Below are positions 62,999 through 64,000 of a stretch of 64,000 nt of DNA, one piece after another (within the stretch, counting starts at the first letter, position 1; every line of letters begins with the position of its first letter). This DNA is from Candidatus Bathyarchaeia archaeon (GTDB lineage Archaea > Thermoproteota > Bathyarchaeia > Bathyarchaeales > Bathycorpusculaceae), in NCBI GenBank assembly GCA_038848005.1, contig JAWCNZ010000005.1:1647-65646 (forward strand), in the 5' to 3' direction. The position numbers were made by a program, and so were the translations under genes. The notes below the pieces were generated by a model. That model was given only the letters and a program-made list of their open reading frames with translations, was not told where the DNA came from and did no database searches.

Positions 62999-63505
62999 TT
63001 AACTGGAAGATTTTTCGGGCATTTTCTGTTCAGAAGGCGGCTGTGAAACTTGTTCTGGAGGGATAACCACAATTTCTGGTTCTGACGGTTTAACCTCTTC
63101 TTTAGGCTTCTCAGCCTTTGGCTTTTGAGGTTGCAGTTTCTGCACAACAGCCTCTTTTTGCGGAATAGTTGGCATAGTTTGAGGTACATGGGCTATTATT
63201 GTCACGCCTCTTATTGTTAAGAGCGAACCCACCCAACCCATAACGCCCAAATACATCAAGCGTATACAAGTCACAATCAATGGGGAAAGCGCCTCGCCGA
63301 ACGTCCGCACTAAATCCTCGGAAGTGAGTATTTGGAGACTCTGAGTTAGAAAGCCATATGCACTTACAAAAGTGAACATGAGGAGGGCTACGCCTATGCC
63401 TAACACTGTAATTCCGGAAAGGGCTATTTTATCTCTAAAGTTTATGCGCATTTTCTCCGCCCATTTTAATAGAGAAAGCGAAAACAATATTAAATCTTCT
63501 GACAT
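62999..63505 (-). CDS. Membrane protein with a Pro/Lys/Glu-rich tail, function unknown
   Basis: Two or three TM helices, then the tail PQKPKAEKPKEEVKPSEPE. Confidence 0.4.
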   Translation of the reverse strand: MSEDLILFSLSLLKWAEKMRINFRDKIALSGITVLGIGVALLMFTFVSAYGFLTQSLQILTSEDLVRTFGEALSPLIVTCIRLMYLGVMGWVGSLLTIRGVTIIAHVPQTMPTIPQKEAVVQKLQPQKPKAEKPKEEVKPSEPEIVVIPPEQVSQPPSEQKMPEKSSS

Positions 63506-63556
63506 GCTAAATAGAATCCAAGTTACCTATCAAAAATCCAACACTAAAATAAAAAG

Positions 63557-64000
63557 TTAAAATTCACGGCGGAAAATTTTCCGCCTGTTTTCCTCGGCTT
63601 GCCTCTGGACTTCTAAATAAAGGTTGTTTCCATGCGAGTCGATGGCAACCGTTAACGGACCGAAGTCCTCAACATCGAAAACCCACATGGCTTCGGGCAT
63701 TCCCAAATCAAGCCATTCAACACCCTTAACACCTTTTATGGCTTTTGCAGCCAAAACCGCCGCTCCACCCGTAAAAGCACCGTAAACAGCGCCATATTTC
63801 GCCATGACATCCGTTGTTTTCCTGCCCATTCCACCCTTGCCAACAACTACACGAACCCCAAAATTTTTTATAAAATCAGCTTCGAAAATTTCCATGCGGG
63901 TGCTTGTTGTTGGACCAGCCGCCACAACAACCCAGCGGCTGCCTTCTCGCCTCACAATCGGACCGCAATGATAAATGGCCAAGCCATTAAGTCTTATGGG
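63557..64000 (-). CDS. fumB: Class I fumarate hydratase / Fe-S hydro-lyase beta subunit; N-terminus probably outside the window
   Basis: GKGGMGRKTTDVMAKYGAVYGAFTGGAAVLAA motif. The frame stays open to the window edge. Confidence 0.8.
   Translation of the reverse strand, partial: PIRLNGLAIYHCGPIVRREGSRWVVVAAGPTTSTRMEIFEADFIKNFGVRVVVGKGGMGRKTTDVMAKYGAVYGAFTGGAAVLAAKAIKGVKGVEWLDLGMPEAMWVFDVEDFGPLTVAIDSHGNNLYLEVQRQAEENRRKIFRREF

Noticed and set aside
1-64000. A search by eye for tRNA, rRNA and CRISPR arrays in intergenic spaces, looking for GC-rich patches, T-loop GGTTCGAATCC-like strings and regularly spaced repeats.
   Set aside because: Nothing convincing was found. The T-loop-like strings I saw lie inside coding regions (for example near 53461). 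A covariance-model scan would be needed to exclude small RNAs.

Overview
Archaeal chromosomal window, gene-dense, with many 4-nt start/stop overlaps and GGAGG-type ribosome-binding sites. By inference it comes from a TACK/Thermoproteota lineage such as Bathyarchaeia: it has a CODH/ACS cdhABCDE cluster, a short crenarchaeal-type XPF, an SmAP3-like Sm protein and an aCPSF2-type ribonuclease. Contents in order: (1) 1-7.4 kb, cdhA (partial), cdhB, cdhC, cdhD, cdhE, a frameshifted acylphosphatase-repeat gene, a ferredoxin and an untracked 59-aa CooT-like nickel chaperone. (2) 7.4-12.3 kb, a five-gene minus-strand operon: tgtA, PHP, beta-CASP RNase, archaemetzincin, presenilin homolog. (3) 12.3-20.2 kb, PAC2, divergent XPD/XPF, an Sm-like protein and a kinase-GlmM-GlmU-like amino-sugar cluster. 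(4) 20.3-39.1 kb, the most unusual region: a prepilin peptidase plus small pilin, a vapBC pair, then a tight operon of secretion ATPase, platform protein and five pilin-like genes (155-659 aa), preceded by three very large sequon-rich surface proteins (beta-helix/PKD/Ig-like; one with a PEF-CTERM signal). (5) 39-43.4 kb, decayed toxin-antitoxin modules (frameshifted vapC; MNT-HepT with both genes broken), an M50 protease, Lrp and HxlR regulators. (6) 43.5-64 kb, housekeeping genes: geranylgeranyl reductase, Dph6, a wHTH-KaiC/RadC-like ATPase coupled to DNA ligase, Lhr helicase, AsnA-like protein, GTP-PEPCK, two small zinc-ribbon paralogs, signal peptidase, TBP, PyrE, LarA, a GNAT, a membrane-protein trio and a partial fumarate hydratase beta subunit. 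I recognised no rRNA, tRNA, CRISPR array, transposase or integrase. All calls rest on reading the translated motifs and gene order by eye; no database search was run.
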